A DNA stretch of 64,000 bases, taken from positions 117,180,001 through 117,244,000 of the forward strand of contig NC_043003.1 in the NCBI RefSeq assembly GCF_006345805.1, written 5' to 3'. The stretch is from Octopus sinensis (Eukaryota). The position numbers were made by a program, and so were the translations under genes. The notes under the pieces were generated by a model that was not told the DNA's origin, made no database searches, and saw only the letters and a program-made list of their open reading frames with translations. Positions within the stretch are counted from its first letter, which is position 1, and the number at the start of each line of letters is the position of its first letter. Positions 12,191-25,943 of the stretch are shown piece by piece.

Positions 12191-13052
12191 TATGCGCATG
12201 TGTATCATTTGTGTGTGTGCGTGTGTTTTGTCTAAATATTCGAGTGTGTCGCCAATTGTACTGCGTCTACACACATCTACAAAAACGTAATATTACTCTG
12301 TCACATGAGAGAAAGCAAGTTTGTTTGTGTAGAATATGCGTATCAACGAAATGAGATGTCCTCCCGTTCAGAATGTAAATAACGAACATATCTACGGTTG
12401 CATCTAGGAAGAATCACCAGTACCTTGTTGAACATTTAATTCATGTTCTTACTAATCCGTGATCAAATTCTGGTAAATCGGCTTTGCATTTAATCCTTTT
12501 AGCGTTAATAACAAAGTCCCAATCAAATACTAGAGTGGTTCTTTGAGGAATAGCGAAGAGAGTTTCTATACAGAAGCTACCAAACTGCAGGTATGTGACT
12601 CATGTCGTACAATCTTATGTTTCCTTTTGCTATGTTAACTCTTTATAATCATAGTTCCACCTACTTTTTTAAACTCTGTACTGAAATAAATACTCATAAT
12701 GGCCCAACTCTATCGGTTTTGATCGACTAACATTTTATAGATGCATCACTCACAAGGCACGAAACCCTAACCACACATATACCCATATGCCACAAATAAT
12801 TTCGACTATATGTATAATCTAAGATATTATTCATATTTCTCTATATAGTTTGATATTTTTTTATGCAAGTTGTGACAAAATCTGATCCTTTGCCCTTTAT
12901 TCACGCCCAGTTATTTACCCCGAATGTTCTTTACACAACTTTTCACTGGCGCCCCTCACAATCTCCGAAAACACCATTCACATTTCTAATTTATGACACG
13001 CTTCGTCCCCCATCATAGCAATAACACTTTAATGTATTCCGGTTTGGGGAAG

Positions 13053-15077
13053 AAGAGAAAGGATCTGCATCTACAAGGAAGAGAAAGGATCTGAAACAGT
13101 CTGAAAGGATCTGAAAGGATCTGAAACGGTCTCAATGCGTCTACAAGGCAAGAGAAAGGATCTGCATCTACAAGGAAGAGAAAGGATCTGAAACGGTCTG
13201 AAAGGATCTAAAACGTCTCAATGCGTCTACAAGGCAAGAGAAAGGATCTGCATCTACAAGGAAGAGAAAGGATCTGAAACGGTCTGAAAGGATATAAAAC
13301 GTCTCAATGCGTCTACAAGGCAAGAGAAAGGATCTGCGTCTACAAGGAAGAGAAAGGATCTGAAACGGTCTGAAAGGATCTAAAATGTCTCAATGCGTCT
13401 ACAAGGCAAGAGAAAGGATCTGCGTCTACAAGGAAGAGAAAGGATCTCAAACGGTCTGAAAGGATCTAAAACGTCTCAATGCGTCTACAAGGCAAGAGAA
13501 AGGATCTGCGTCTATAAGAAAGAGAAAGGATCTGAAACGGTCTGAAAGGATCTGAAACGGTCTCAATGCGTCTACAAGGCAAGAGAAAGGATCTGCGTCT
13601 ACAAGGAAGAGAAAGGATCTGAAACGGTCTGAAAGGATCTAAAACGTCTCAATGCGTCTACACGGCAAGAGAAAAGATCTGCGTCTATAAGGAAGAGAAA
13701 GGATCTGAAACGGTCTGAAAGGATCTGAAACGGTCTCAATGCGTCTACAAGGCAAGAGAAAGGATCTGCGTCTACAAGGAAGAGAAAGGATCTGAAACGG
13801 TCTGAAAGGATCTGAAACGTCTCAATGCGTCTACAAGGCAAGAGAAAGGATCTGCGTCTACAAGGCAAGAGAAAGGATCTGCGTCTACAAGGAAGAGAAA
13901 GGATCTGAAACGGTCTGAAAGGATCTAAAACGTCTCAATGCGTCTACAAGGAAAGAGAAAGGATCTGCGTCTACAAGGAAGAGAAAGGATCTGAAACGGT
14001 CTGAAAGGATCTAAAACGTCACAATGCGTCTACACGGCAAGAGAAAGGATCTGCGTCTACAAGGCAAGAGAAAGGATCTGCGACTACAAGGAAGAGAAAG
14101 GATCTGAAACGGTCTGAAAGGATCTGAAACGGTCTGAAAGGATCTGAAACGGTCTGAAAGGATCTGAAACGGTCTCAATGCGTCTACAAGGCAAGAGAAA
14201 GGATCTGAAACGGTCTGAAAGGATCTAAAACGTCTCAATGCGTCTACAAGGCAAGAGAAAGGATCTGCGTCTACAAGGAAGAGAAAGGATCTGAAACGGT
14301 CTGAAAGGATCTAAAACGTCTCAATGCGTCTACAAGGCAAGAGACAGGATCTGCGTCTACAAGGAAGAGAAAGGATCTGAAACGGTCTGAAAGGATCTGA
14401 AACGTCTCAATGCGTCTACAAGGCAAGAGAAAGGATCTGCGTCTACAAGGCAAGAGAAAGGATCTGCGTCTACAAGAAAGAGAAAGGATCTGAAACGGTC
14501 TGAAAGGATCTAAAACGTCTCAATGCGTCTACAAGGCAAGAGAAAGGATCTGCGTCTACAAGGAAGAGAAAGGATCTGAAACGGTCTGAAAGGATCTGAA
14601 ACAGTCTCAATGCGTCTACAAGGCAAGAGAAAGGATCTGCATCTACAAGGAAGAGAAAGGATCTGAAACGGTCTGAAAGGATCTAAAACGTCTCAATGCG
14701 TCTACAACGCAAGAGAAATGATCTGCGTCTACAAGGAAGAGAAAGGATCTGAAACGGTCTGAAAGGATCTAAAACGTCTCAATGCGTCTACAAGGCAAGA
14801 GAAAGGATCTGCATCTACAAGGAAGAGAAAGGATCTGAAACGGTCTGAAAGGATCTGAAACAGTCTCAATGCGTCTACAAGGCAAGAGAAAGGATCTGCG
14901 CCTAAAAGGAAGAGAAAGGATCTGAAACGGTTTCAATGCGTCTACAAGACAAGAGAAAGGATCTGAAACGGTCTGAAAGGATCTTAAACGGTCTCAATGC
15001 GTCTACAAGGCAAGAGAAAGGATCTGAATCGGTCTGAAAGGATCTGAAACGGTAAAATCAATGCGTCTACAAGGCAA
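13053..15077. repeat. ~2-kb satellite, ~23 units of 86-87 bp built from 26/27-bp and 60/61-bp subunits
   Basis: AAGAGAAAGGATCTGCGTCTACAAGG + AAGAGAAAGGATCTGAAACGGTCTGAAAGGATCTAAAACGTCTCAATGCGTCTACAAGGC. Confidence 0.95.
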
Positions 15078-15959
15078 TCAGACACAAGAAACTTCCGCCC
15101 AATTGTAATATAGAGCGCAGAATAATATATGCTATAAAAAGAAAAAAATCTACTCGCAGTACTTTTTATAGTTTAGACATCTAGCGTAATCCAGCTAAGT
15201 AGAAAGACGAAACAAATATTAAAAGATTCACGCGCGCAAATATAATCTTTATATGTGTTTATATTGCACATATAATATTTAGATATATAGAGAGGTGGGG
15301 GTGGGTCAGACAGATAAATATTATGAACACAGGGCGTATTTTGACTTTAATTGTTGTTATTACTATAATTATTATTAGTATTATTTTTGTTGTTATATTC
15401 TACTTTTGAAAGTAAGCCAAGTAATGTAGTGTAAATATATTTGTAGTAAACATTAAGTCAGAAAGAAACTGTTTTTCCTATAGAAAAACATTCTTTATAA
15501 TTAATATAATTTTCGACATCTTTGAAAACACTGATAGTCATACATATATACATACATATATTACATTTATATATATACATGTATATATATATGGTAAAAG
15601 ATAAAATTTGTGAAAATCTAACAAAAATAAGATTTATCATAAAAACCAGATTTTTCTTAAGATGTTTGACTAAGCAGGTAACAAATGTATAAATATAACC
15701 ATAAATGAGAATGTAAGTCGAAAGCCAAAAGCTACTGAGAGACGATACATTTCCAGACAAATCAGATTATAATAGCAATTATTAATACTGTTCAAATTTA
15801 CGAAGATAACGTTCAATAATATCAGTAAACAAGATTTAGAGTCGAAAAGTAGCAATATATGAATAAGTGTTAATTTGTAAGATGTTATTGTTCAAAATGG
15901 TGTACACGGTTTAATGTTCGCCAACATTTGTTGTTGGCAATCAAATTTGAATTCTTATA

Positions 15960-16005
15960 TACATACGCACATATACACACATACATAAATATATACATAC
16001 ATACA

Positions 16006-16041
<36 letters not shown>

Positions 16042-16111
16042 TATATATACATACATACACACAGGCAGACACACGGACAGAGACAGACAGACAGAGCGGT
16101 GCATAGTTCCG

Positions 16112-16180
<69 letters not shown>

Positions 16181-16264
16181 TGATAGATAGATAGAGAGAG
16201 AGAGAGAGACAGAGAGACAGAGAGAGAGACAGAGAGAGAGAGAGACAGAGACAGACAGATAGAC

Positions 16265-16319
<55 letters not shown>

Positions 16320-16340
16320 GTGAGAGAGAGAGAGAGATGC

Positions 16341-16417
<77 letters not shown>

Positions 16418-16522
16418 GAGAGAGACAGACAGATAGACAGATAGACAGATAGATAGATAGATAGATACATACATACATACATACATACATACATACATAC
16501 ATACATACATACATACATACAT
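15960..16522. repeat. Compound (ACAT)n/(AGAT)n/(AG)n microsatellite
   Basis: Direct inspection; accounts for the spurious long ORFs here. Confidence 0.95.
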
Positions 16523-16808
16523 GCATAAAGAAAATCATTTTAGAAATTAAAAAATACATTTGCAGAAAACGAGTCCATCAAGAATATGTAAATTAACCAA
16601 ATTTTGCATCATGAAGCTCAGTCTTAGCATTTGAGGAGTTAATTTCTTCTCTTCTAAACTGATTAATATTTGATAAAGCAATGAAACAGGAATATTTATC
16701 CGCCAGATACGAAAAGTAGATATGTTTTAGATGCTTTAACCTATGAACATTTATTAAGCATTCTTTAGTCTTTCATTTTATTTTGTGATGCTTTTGGGGT
16801 TTTTTTCT

Positions 16809-17191
16809 TACTCTTTTTACTCTTTACTCTTTTACTTGTTTCAGTCATTTGACTGTCGTCATGCTGGAGCACCGCCTTTAGTTGAGCAAATCGACCCCAG
16901 GACTTATTCTTTGTAAGCCCAGTACTTATTCATCGGTCTCTTTTGCCGAACCGCTAAGTGACGGGGACGTAAACACACCAGCATCGGTTGTCAAGCAATG
17001 CTAGGGGGACAAACACACACATACACATACATATATATATATTCGATAGACTTCTTTCAGTTTCCGTCTACCAAATCCACTCACAAGGCATTGGTCGGCC
17101 CGGCGCTATAGCAGAAGACACTAGCCCAAGATGCCACGCAGTGGGACTGAACCCGGAACCATGTGGTTGGTAAACAAGCTACTTACCACAC
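16809..17191 (-). mobile_element. SINE family A
   Basis: Near full-length match to 2357-2787. Confidence 0.9.
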
Positions 17192-17479
17192 ACTTTGCAG
17201 GAACATATATGAATTCAACAGTGTTTTGGGATAAATTCTAATTTTACTTTTATAAACGGCACAATGAAAAATGATTAGGGGACAAAACTCGGCCAGTCTC
17301 GATGTGGAAAAACCAGTTGATAAATATCCCGGTTTTTCGTTATTCATAATCAGACAGGACGTAACATAGTTGAAAGATTGACTGAAGAGACTAATGCTCA
17401 GCGAGGAAGAGGTTAGGGACGCCGCAGGACATTTCTGAAAGGCAGAGAAACACTTAATGATAAAGTTTTTGATAATTGA

Positions 17480-17872
17480 CTAGCAGTATCGCCCGGCGTT
17501 GCTCGGGTTTGTAAGGGAAATAACTATAAAGCATTTTTAGAGAGTTATAGCCAAAAAATAGCAAAAAATGCATTAAAAATGGAAAAAAAATTATGGTAAT
17601 ATTTTTTTTAAATCGTTGACTCATCGTAGACATTTTTAGAGAGTTACTTCCCTTATATTTAAAAAATATGCATTAAAATGGAAAAAGATGATGGTAAATT
17701 ATTTTTTAAATCGTAGTCTCATCGTAGACGCGCGCTAATACCCAGAAGGGCTCGATATGAATCACGACTATAAGATACCCGGTTTTGGTTAAACTGCACC
17801 GCGAAATGTGGGAGTAGTTAGGAATCTAAATCGGAGTAGACAGACACACAACCTTTCTTTTATATATAAAGA
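17480..17872 (-). mobile_element. Non-autonomous Helitron with internal ~100-bp tandem duplication
   Basis: A|TCTTTATATATAAAAG ... CCCGAGCAACGCCGGGCGATACTGCTAG|T. The catttttagagagtta block occurs twice. Confidence 0.85.
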
Positions 17873-18217
17873 TATGCAAAGTTCAGAAAAGTTCTCAATA
17901 TGCTGGCTGCCATGCCATATTACATTAGACCAGAATTGAGAGACCTTTAATATAAACGATTTACAAGAAGATAATTTCAAAGCGAATAGAAAGAAAAGGT
18001 GAGCTATAACAGGTTGTACTGGGCTAAATGTCACCACATGTCACTCATGAGTCACGTGGTATAATTCATGATGGCTTCAATTCGTTAGAAATGATTTTCT
18101 GATATTCGAACCAATCTGAAAAGCTTCACTGATATGAGCAAAATAATGTATGTGCAACAGAAAATCGAAACCAGAATGGTGTATAGGGCGTGGCATTAAC
18201 TTTCGCCCGTTCTAGTT

Positions 18218-18360
18218 CTTGTGGGTAATAAAGAAATATGTATGTATATATGTATATATATAATGAGTGTATATATGTATATGACACATGCAGTCATATA
18301 CATATATACACTCATTATATATATACATATATACATACATATTTCTTTATTACCCACAAG
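18218..18360. repeat. Perfect palindrome, 68-bp arms, 7-nt spacer
   Basis: 18218-18285 is the exact reverse complement of 18293-18360. Confidence 0.92.
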
Positions 18361-18560
18361 GGGCTAAACACAGAGGGGACAAACAAGGACAGACAAACGG
18401 ATTAAGTCGATTACATCGACCCCAGTGCGTAACTGGTACTTAATTTATCGACCCTGAGAGGATGAAAGGCAAAGTCGACCTCGGCGGAATTTGAACTCAC
18501 AACGTAACGCAGACGAAATACCGCTAAGCATTTCGCCCGGCGTGCTAACGTTTCTGCCAG
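18341..18560 (-). mobile_element. SINE family B monomer
   Basis: Match to family B; head slightly truncated next to a MITE. Confidence 0.88.
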
Positions 18561-18564
18561 CATA

Positions 18565-18791
18565 CAGTCATCTCTCGACTATCGTGGATGTTATGCTCCA
18601 AACCCCGCCGCGATAGGTGAAAATCCGCGAAGTAAAAACGGAACTGTACTGTATATTATTTGATTTTTATAATTTGTATATATTTATTTTAAGTACAAAA
18701 CAACACCACGGAGGAATCGACGTAAACTTAAATAATAAACCGTGATAAGTGAACCGCGTTAGGTGAACCGCGATATGGCGAGGGATTACTG
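18565..18791. mobile_element. Tigger/pogo-type MITE
   Basis: TA|CAGTCATCTCTCGACTATCGTGG ... CCGCGATATGGCGAGGGATTACTG|TA: imperfect TIRs starting CAGT, TA TSD. Confidence 0.8.
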
Positions 18792-20639
18792 TAAACATGT
18801 ATTTATAACCAGACTGTGGTCTTTCATATTACATTCCTAACCTTTTTCCTTCGGGTCACGTATATTTCACGTATGTTTCAGAATGATTAGTCACCTTCTT
18901 TCGAGATATCTGGGTACACAATGAAAAATATCGCGGGCTTTATAAAGACAATATTGTTCGTCTTCACCGCTTGGTTTCCATCCGTTCTACCAAACTGTGT
19001 AAACTATTTCTTCATCGCTTACAGCAATTCAATATTTTCCCGATTCCAGAATTCCAGGTGCATGTCAAATTAACTTTTATATTTTGGTGAAGTTTGCGTA
19101 AACATACAAAACATTTCCAGACCTTCTCCTTGATGAATAAGCGATAATAACACACCCAACCCTCACCCCCACCCCAAAGTATTAGTCATATTTATGGGTT
19201 TGTAGCTAATTCGATGAAGAAACCAATATAGTTTCTCTGCCGAACCGAAGAAGCAAAATAAGACGATGGAAGGCCTTTCTCTGTGTTCTAATATTATCAT
19301 TGGAACTTAGTAATAAGCGGTTATTTGCAGAGGTATGTCTCTGTACGCTAACTCGTTTCCAAAATAAGAAAGTGGGATGATTTAGTATGAAGCCTCATAT
19401 AAATACGCTGGATTCAAGTTTGTCGGTCTTAAATAGTAATAGTTCAGATGTGATGATTTATTGTGACAATTACCTAAGTTTATCTGGGCCTCAACATTCG
19501 CCGGCTAACTATATAATGAAAGCCTGCTTTCTGTTATAGAACGAAATTTATAGCTTTTCCTATCACTTTTATCTTTATAATCATACGCGAAAAAATCAAT
19601 GAAGGTTTACTTTGAAAGACGCCGATTTCTTTTAACGGAAGCTACTAACTGTTCATAAATATTAAAACTTCAATAATAGCTGCATGAATAATCTATACAA
19701 TTTTCTCACATTTTACATTTACTACAGCAAGAACAATTATCGACTTGACTCAATATTTCTCCTGAATATCTGTAAAAGTAAATTAACGAACTAACAACTC
19801 GCTGATATAAGTGAAGTACAAGTTAAAACTAATGTTTTAAACAAAAATATATAACACCCTTTGTGGATGTTATTATCACTCTATGCCTCTATTATAATTT
19901 ATACTGTAGTAACTTTTAATAAATGAAAGCAATTATTTAAATCAACACTGTCTAGAAAGTTCTTTTAAATTCCAATTTTAACATATTTTTATCAAGATAC
20001 AGTTTTGAATTTCTTTTATTATTAAAACTTTCAACGACACAATTTAATCACAAAGCTCATTTTTTATTCACTGCGGATTAGTTATCTTACAATGCGGGAT
20101 TACATTTTTAACATCTTTATTTATACTTCGTCTGAAGATATAAAGGTTGCTTAAATATTTGCCGAAGTACTTTCTAAAGACATATCAGTAAAAACTTATC
20201 TCTAAACTAAAACTTTATTCCAGTGTCCGCCTAGTTACGTTGATTCCAGTATTCTTTCACATTTGGGGGACGTTGAAGAAACAGAAGGCTAATTAAGAAA
20301 ATTAATTAAGCTTTAGCTTGCTTACCTTAAGTGTAACAAATAAAAAGTTGTTTCAAGAATGTGACGAAGCTAGAAGCTGAAATTCTTATAATTATTTACA
20401 TGGTATACAAAACTATGATAAATTGTTACAGAGAGCATGTCGTATAAGGTATAGAGAACCCTTAAACAATCAAACTTGAGGTGTTCGTACAATGTTGTTA
20501 TCCGAAAACAAAAGCTGGACACTTTACATAGTGCACCTTGAATAAATACAACAAACCATTGGATAGTGTCTCTACAATCCTCAAAAGAGCAATTTATTAA
20601 TCTCCGTTTCTAAATTACAAAATATTCTTCAGTAGAGAC

Positions 20640-20995
20640 CAGGGGTTCTCAGCCATTTCTTTTATCTGTAGACCCCTTTGATTACTGTTTTATTCTGGTA
20701 ACCATTCCGCCGTAGACATTCAATGTTTAAAAACTAGTTTAATGGAAATTTCTTTCAAATTTCCTATTTTTTTCTCTTTTTTCTCTTTTTTACTTGTTTC
20801 AGTCATTTGACTGCGGCCATGCTGGAGCACCGCCTTTAATCGAGCAACTCGACCCCGGGACTTATTCTTTTGTAAACCCAGTACTTATTCTATCGGTCTC
20901 TTTTGCCGAACCGCTAAGTAACGGGGACATAAGCACACCAGCATTGGTTGTCAAGCAATGCTAAGGGGACAAATACAGACACACAGACGCACACA

Positions 20996-21039
<44 letters not shown>

Positions 21040-21373
21040 TACGACGGGCTTCTTTAGTTTCCGTCTACCAAATCCACTCACAAGGCTTTGGTCGGCCCGA
21101 GCCTATAGTAGAAGACACTTGCCCAAGGTGCCACGCAGTGGGACTGAACCCGGAACCATGTGGTTGGTAAAACAAGCTCCGTACCACACAGCCACTCCTG
21201 CGCCTATTTTATTTTTTGCCCATTATCTTGTGTAGGTTAAAGAAAGGGACCTTGCTGTTTCTTGCAATTCAAACCAATACATATATCTAAAGCAAATTCT
21301 TCTTCAGGGGCCCTTATTGTGGATCCCCAATTTGCTGCAAAAATCTGATATGGACCCCAGTGGAGAACCACTG
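20640..21373. mobile_element. hAT-Charlie-type MITE interrupted by a SINE A
   Basis: TIRs CAGGGGTTCTC / GAGAACCACTG. 8-bp TSD GTAGAGAC / GTATAGAC (7/8). Confidence 0.75.
20783..21204 (-). mobile_element. SINE family A nested in the hAT MITE
   Basis: Full-length match to family A. Confidence 0.9.
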
Positions 21374-21649
21374 GTATAGACAATTATAGTGAAATATAGC
21401 ATTCGATAGTATAGTGAAGTTTAACAGCGTGTAGTGTGGAACTCAATATAATGTAGCAAGTACCTATTCAATCGATGCTGACTCCAGACACGGAATTTTT
21501 AACTGTGACACTTGAAATTCGATTTTCTACTTAAAGCAGTGATTTTTTTTCAAAAAAGTTTTGATTATTTAGTTAGTCTACACATTCAAACCATACGTTT
21601 ATTTGTATATATATCATCTTTATGTTTCCTTTTTGAGGAGCCGCTTGAT

Positions 21650-22310
21650 GTATTAGGGAACAGTCAACTGCTTTGGAGAGCATAAAGATTAAAGCTGTAA
21701 TTGAAAAAGTGTTAGCTGACATGGAGGACTGGAAGCCATCTGAACGTTGGAAAAGAGCTACATGTCTCATAAATGAAGGCGCATGGCTCAATGGTTAGAG
21801 CGTCGAGCTTACGATCGTGAGGTTGTGAGCTCGAATCCCGGACAGGGCTGTGTGTTGTGTTCTTGAGCAAGACACTTTATTTCACGTTGCTCTAGTTCAC
21901 TCAGCTGTAGAAATGACTTGCGACGTCACAGGTGCCAAACAGTATTGGTCCCTTTGACTTGGATAACACTGGTGGCGTGGAGAAGGGAGGCTGGTATGCA
22001 TGGGTGACAGCTGGTCTTCCAGAAACAATCTTGGCCAGACTTGTGCCTGGGAGGGTAACTTTCTAGGTGCAAACCCACGGTCAGTCATGACCGAAGGGGG
22101 TCCCAACATGTGTCATAAGGATTCACGCTGTGTATCAAAATGCCGATGTTATGACCGCTTTTCGATGGTCTGTGAAGACACTGAAGGCTGTCCGACATGG
22201 ACATCAGGTAAAATATGTTCCCAAAATTGTGAGTAAATATGGGTGCGTCGCCAGTGAGGGCGACATCAAAAATCCACTAAGGAAGTGCTGCAGCATGGCC
22301 GCAGTCTAAC
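21650..22310 (+). pseudogene. SINE-interrupted reading frame resembling a mariner-type transposase N-terminus
   Basis: Removing the SINE and one TSD joins ..MEDWKPSERWKRATC to IRIHAVYQNADVMTAFRWSVKTLKAVRH.. in frame. The family call is from recalled resemblance only. Confidence 0.35.
21773..22105 (+). mobile_element. tRNA-derived CORE-like SINE (family C)
   Basis: GGCGCATGGCTCAATGGTTAGAGC..GCTCGAATCCCGG head, TTCTTGAGCAAGACACTT core, 13-bp TSD ACATGT(C/G)TCATAA at 21760 and 22106. Confidence 0.88.
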
Positions 22311-22354
22311 GAGTGAAACAACTAAAAGCCAGAAGACACAAAACAGCAGAGAAT

Positions 22355-22468
22355 CCATTGAAGAAAATACAACGACACAGATCCAGCCAGCTGGAGACGA
22401 TGTCTCCTGGGGCTAAATTACAGCAACATTCGTCCTAAACCAGGACTGCCATGTTATGTTGGCAAATA
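22355..22468 (+). mobile_element. Short 3' fragment of family H
   Basis: CCAGCTGGAGACGATGTCTCCTGGGGCTAAA...GCCATGTTATGTTGGCAAATA matches the family end. Confidence 0.6.
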
Positions 22469-23119
22469 ACCTTTACTCCAAAGTACTGTTGTTGAATATC
22501 TCTCGTTTTGAGATTTAAAAATAGAAATTCTCTAAAAACGTCTTGCTGTTTTGCAGAATGTTTCATGTAAGGGCAACTGCCTATACGTTGCGCCAGTCTT
22601 CGTAGATAAACGTCAAGGTACAAGGTCGATCGCGACCCAATATAGATATCCAGCTAGATATAGATATCCACTTTCAATGAATATTTCTACAGGCATATAC
22701 ATATATAGTTATTGTACACACTGCTTTGTCATAAGTTCACCAGTATCTACGTGCATGCCATATATTTGCAAGCATGTATATGCGAGTATGTAATTTGTGA
22801 GTGTATACAGGAGTATGTATGCGTAAAGGTATGTGCCCGTGTGTATATGTGTGCGCATGCGAGCCCGCACGCATAAGTAGCCTCGAAGCTATAGTTTCGT
22901 ATATTCCAATTCCTAAAGTTGGCTCTACATACTAATATATATATTTCTCGATACTCGAATCAATAATTTTCTCTATCTACGTATCTTTTTTATTTATGTA
23001 AAATCCCAAAGACGCAAACACGAAGGGAACAGGAACATACCCACAGACACGGGCATGCATATATATAATTATTATATATATATATGTATATATATATATA
23101 TTATATACATATATATATA

Positions 23120-23208
<89 letters not shown>

Positions 23209-23646
23209 GATATGTATAGATAGATATTTACATAAATATATATACATATATACTTACATAGATGTACGCATGCATATATATATGTATGTATGTATGTTTG
23301 TATGTATGTATATATATATATGTATGTATCTATGTACCTATGTATGTATATGTATATACATGTGTTCTTACCTGTTTATATTACTCAAATTACAAATTCA
23401 TCCAGGTATATTTTCTCGTTCCTCTTTATATGTGTATATACAGTTATGTGATTTTGTGTGTGTATGGGAGTGCATGTAAACAACTTTCGTCAATATACAT
23501 GCGCATATAACAATATATAGCATACATATACATACTGATATACATACATACATATGTATCCAAATGTGTATTCGAATGTACATATATATATATATATATA
23601 CATATATATATAAAAACATATATATTATATATATATATATATATAT

Positions 23647-23818
23647 ATGTATTTGAGGGTATCTGAGTATGTATATGAATAAAGTCTTTGGGGCATACTC
23701 TACTGCGACTGTTACCTCATGTATATATATATATATATATCTTCTTACTTCTTCCGCCCTCACAACAGTTCCAGCAATCTCTTACGCACACCAAAGCTCT
23801 CCATCTCTCTTTCCCCTC

Positions 23819-23866
<48 letters not shown>

Positions 23867-23867
23867 T

Positions 23868-23904
<37 letters not shown>

Positions 23905-24044
23905 CTTTCTCTCCCTCTCATTCTTTCGCTCTGGATTATCACATTGTGACGTAGTTATGTTCAAGAGCATAGATTCGAGAGAGAGTACGTAAAATATACA
24001 TAGTTTTGTGTATGTTTATACACATGTTGGGGGTAGTGAATAGT

Positions 24045-24079
<35 letters not shown>

Positions 24080-24259
24080 TCACATATATATATATATATG
24101 GATGTATATATATATAGATATATATATATAGATTGATAGATAGATAAATATATATATTCATATATATATAATATATATATGTATATGTAATATATATATA
24201 TACATATATAGATGTATGTATACAATATATATATACAAATATATATCGATGTATGTATG

Positions 24260-24300
<41 letters not shown>

Positions 24301-24361
24301 ATATATATATATATATAATATAGTATGGCATATATAATATATACATAATATATATATATAA

Positions 24362-24396
<35 letters not shown>

Positions 24397-24564
24397 GTAT
24401 TTGAGGGTATCTGAGTATGTATATGAATAAAGTCTTTGGGGCATACTCTACTGCGACTGTTACCTCATGTATATAATATATATATATCTTCTTACTTCTC
24501 CGCCCTCACAACAGTTCCAGCAATCTCTTACGCACACCAAGCTCTCCATCTCTCTCTTCCCCTC

Positions 24565-24654
<90 letters not shown>

Positions 24655-24781
24655 TCTCTCCCTCTCATTCTTTCGCTCTGGATTATCACATTGTGACGTA
24701 GTTATGTTCAAGAGCATAGATATGCGAGAGTACGTAAAATATACATAGTTTTGTGTATGTTTATACACATGTTGGGGGTAG

Positions 24782-24827
<46 letters not shown>

Positions 24828-25008
24828 CATATATATACACATATTATATATGGATTATATATATATATATATATATTATAGATTGATAGATAGATAAATA
24901 TATATATTCATATATATATATATATATATGTATATGTAAATATATATATATACTATATAGATGTATTATACATATATATATATACAAATATATATCGATG
25001 TATGTATG

Positions 25009-25081
<73 letters not shown>

Positions 25082-25090
25082 GCAATATAT
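23647..25090. repeat. Tandem duplication, period ~748 bp, microsatellite-bounded
   Basis: atgtatttgagggtatctgag at 23647 and 24395. The copies differ mostly by 1-bp indels and microsatellite length. Confidence 0.85.
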
Positions 25091-25145
25091 ATATTACATA
25101 TATATATATATATATACATATAGATAGAGATAGATAGATAGATGC

Positions 25146-25202
<57 letters not shown>

Positions 25203-25729
25203 TATATGTATGTACGTATGTACAAACACACACACAATATATATATAAGTAGCCGGCCGCTTATCGATCGAATACCTCCTAAATGTACAAACATTGACTA
25301 TTCGCCATTCATCGTTCACCAACAATTCACCAGCAACACTAAATCCGTTAAGGTTAGTTACTATTTAGCAAATAGGCACCGACAATGACGCTAACTCTAT
25401 TACTGGAGCTGAACTGGATACGGGGCGGATTTATTTTTGTTTCTTCTCTCTTTCTACTTGCTTTTAGTTTTATCCTTTTTCTTGAGCGAAATCCCATGAG
25501 GCTTTTACCTCTTTGCTACAGTAATGAGTTTATCTTTCAGCACTTTACCGGGAACAAGTGTTTAACAACATGGAAACTTTCATCAACTAGAACGCATTCC
25601 GAATATTCACGTTTCGCTGTTCCTCCGTTATTGATTTTTATATATGGAAGGAGAAGTGTTAAGTAAATATGTGTGGGTACACATTCTATCTATAGATATA
25701 CATACATACATACATAAATATATATATAT

Positions 25730-25768
<39 letters not shown>

Positions 25769-25840
25769 ATATATATAGATACATATATATACATATATAT
25801 ATATATATTATATATATATATATATTATATATATATATAG

Positions 25841-25877
<37 letters not shown>

Positions 25878-25905
25878 ATATAAAATATATATAGATACAT
25901 ATATA

Positions 25906-25943
<38 letters not shown>

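Noticed and set aside
12503-12590. Exon-like segment (tttAG...CAG|GTATGT)
   Set aside because: Stops in all three frames and no further support; could only be non-coding.
13599-14453. ORFs in the satellite
   Set aside because: Unit lengths of 86/87 bp shift frame repeatedly; no continuous coding frame.
19210-20170. Hammerhead-like fragments (GATGA-AGAAAC/GTTTCT at ~19215; CTGAAGA at ~20130)
   Set aside because: They lack a correctly placed GAAA, stem III and cleavage triplet.
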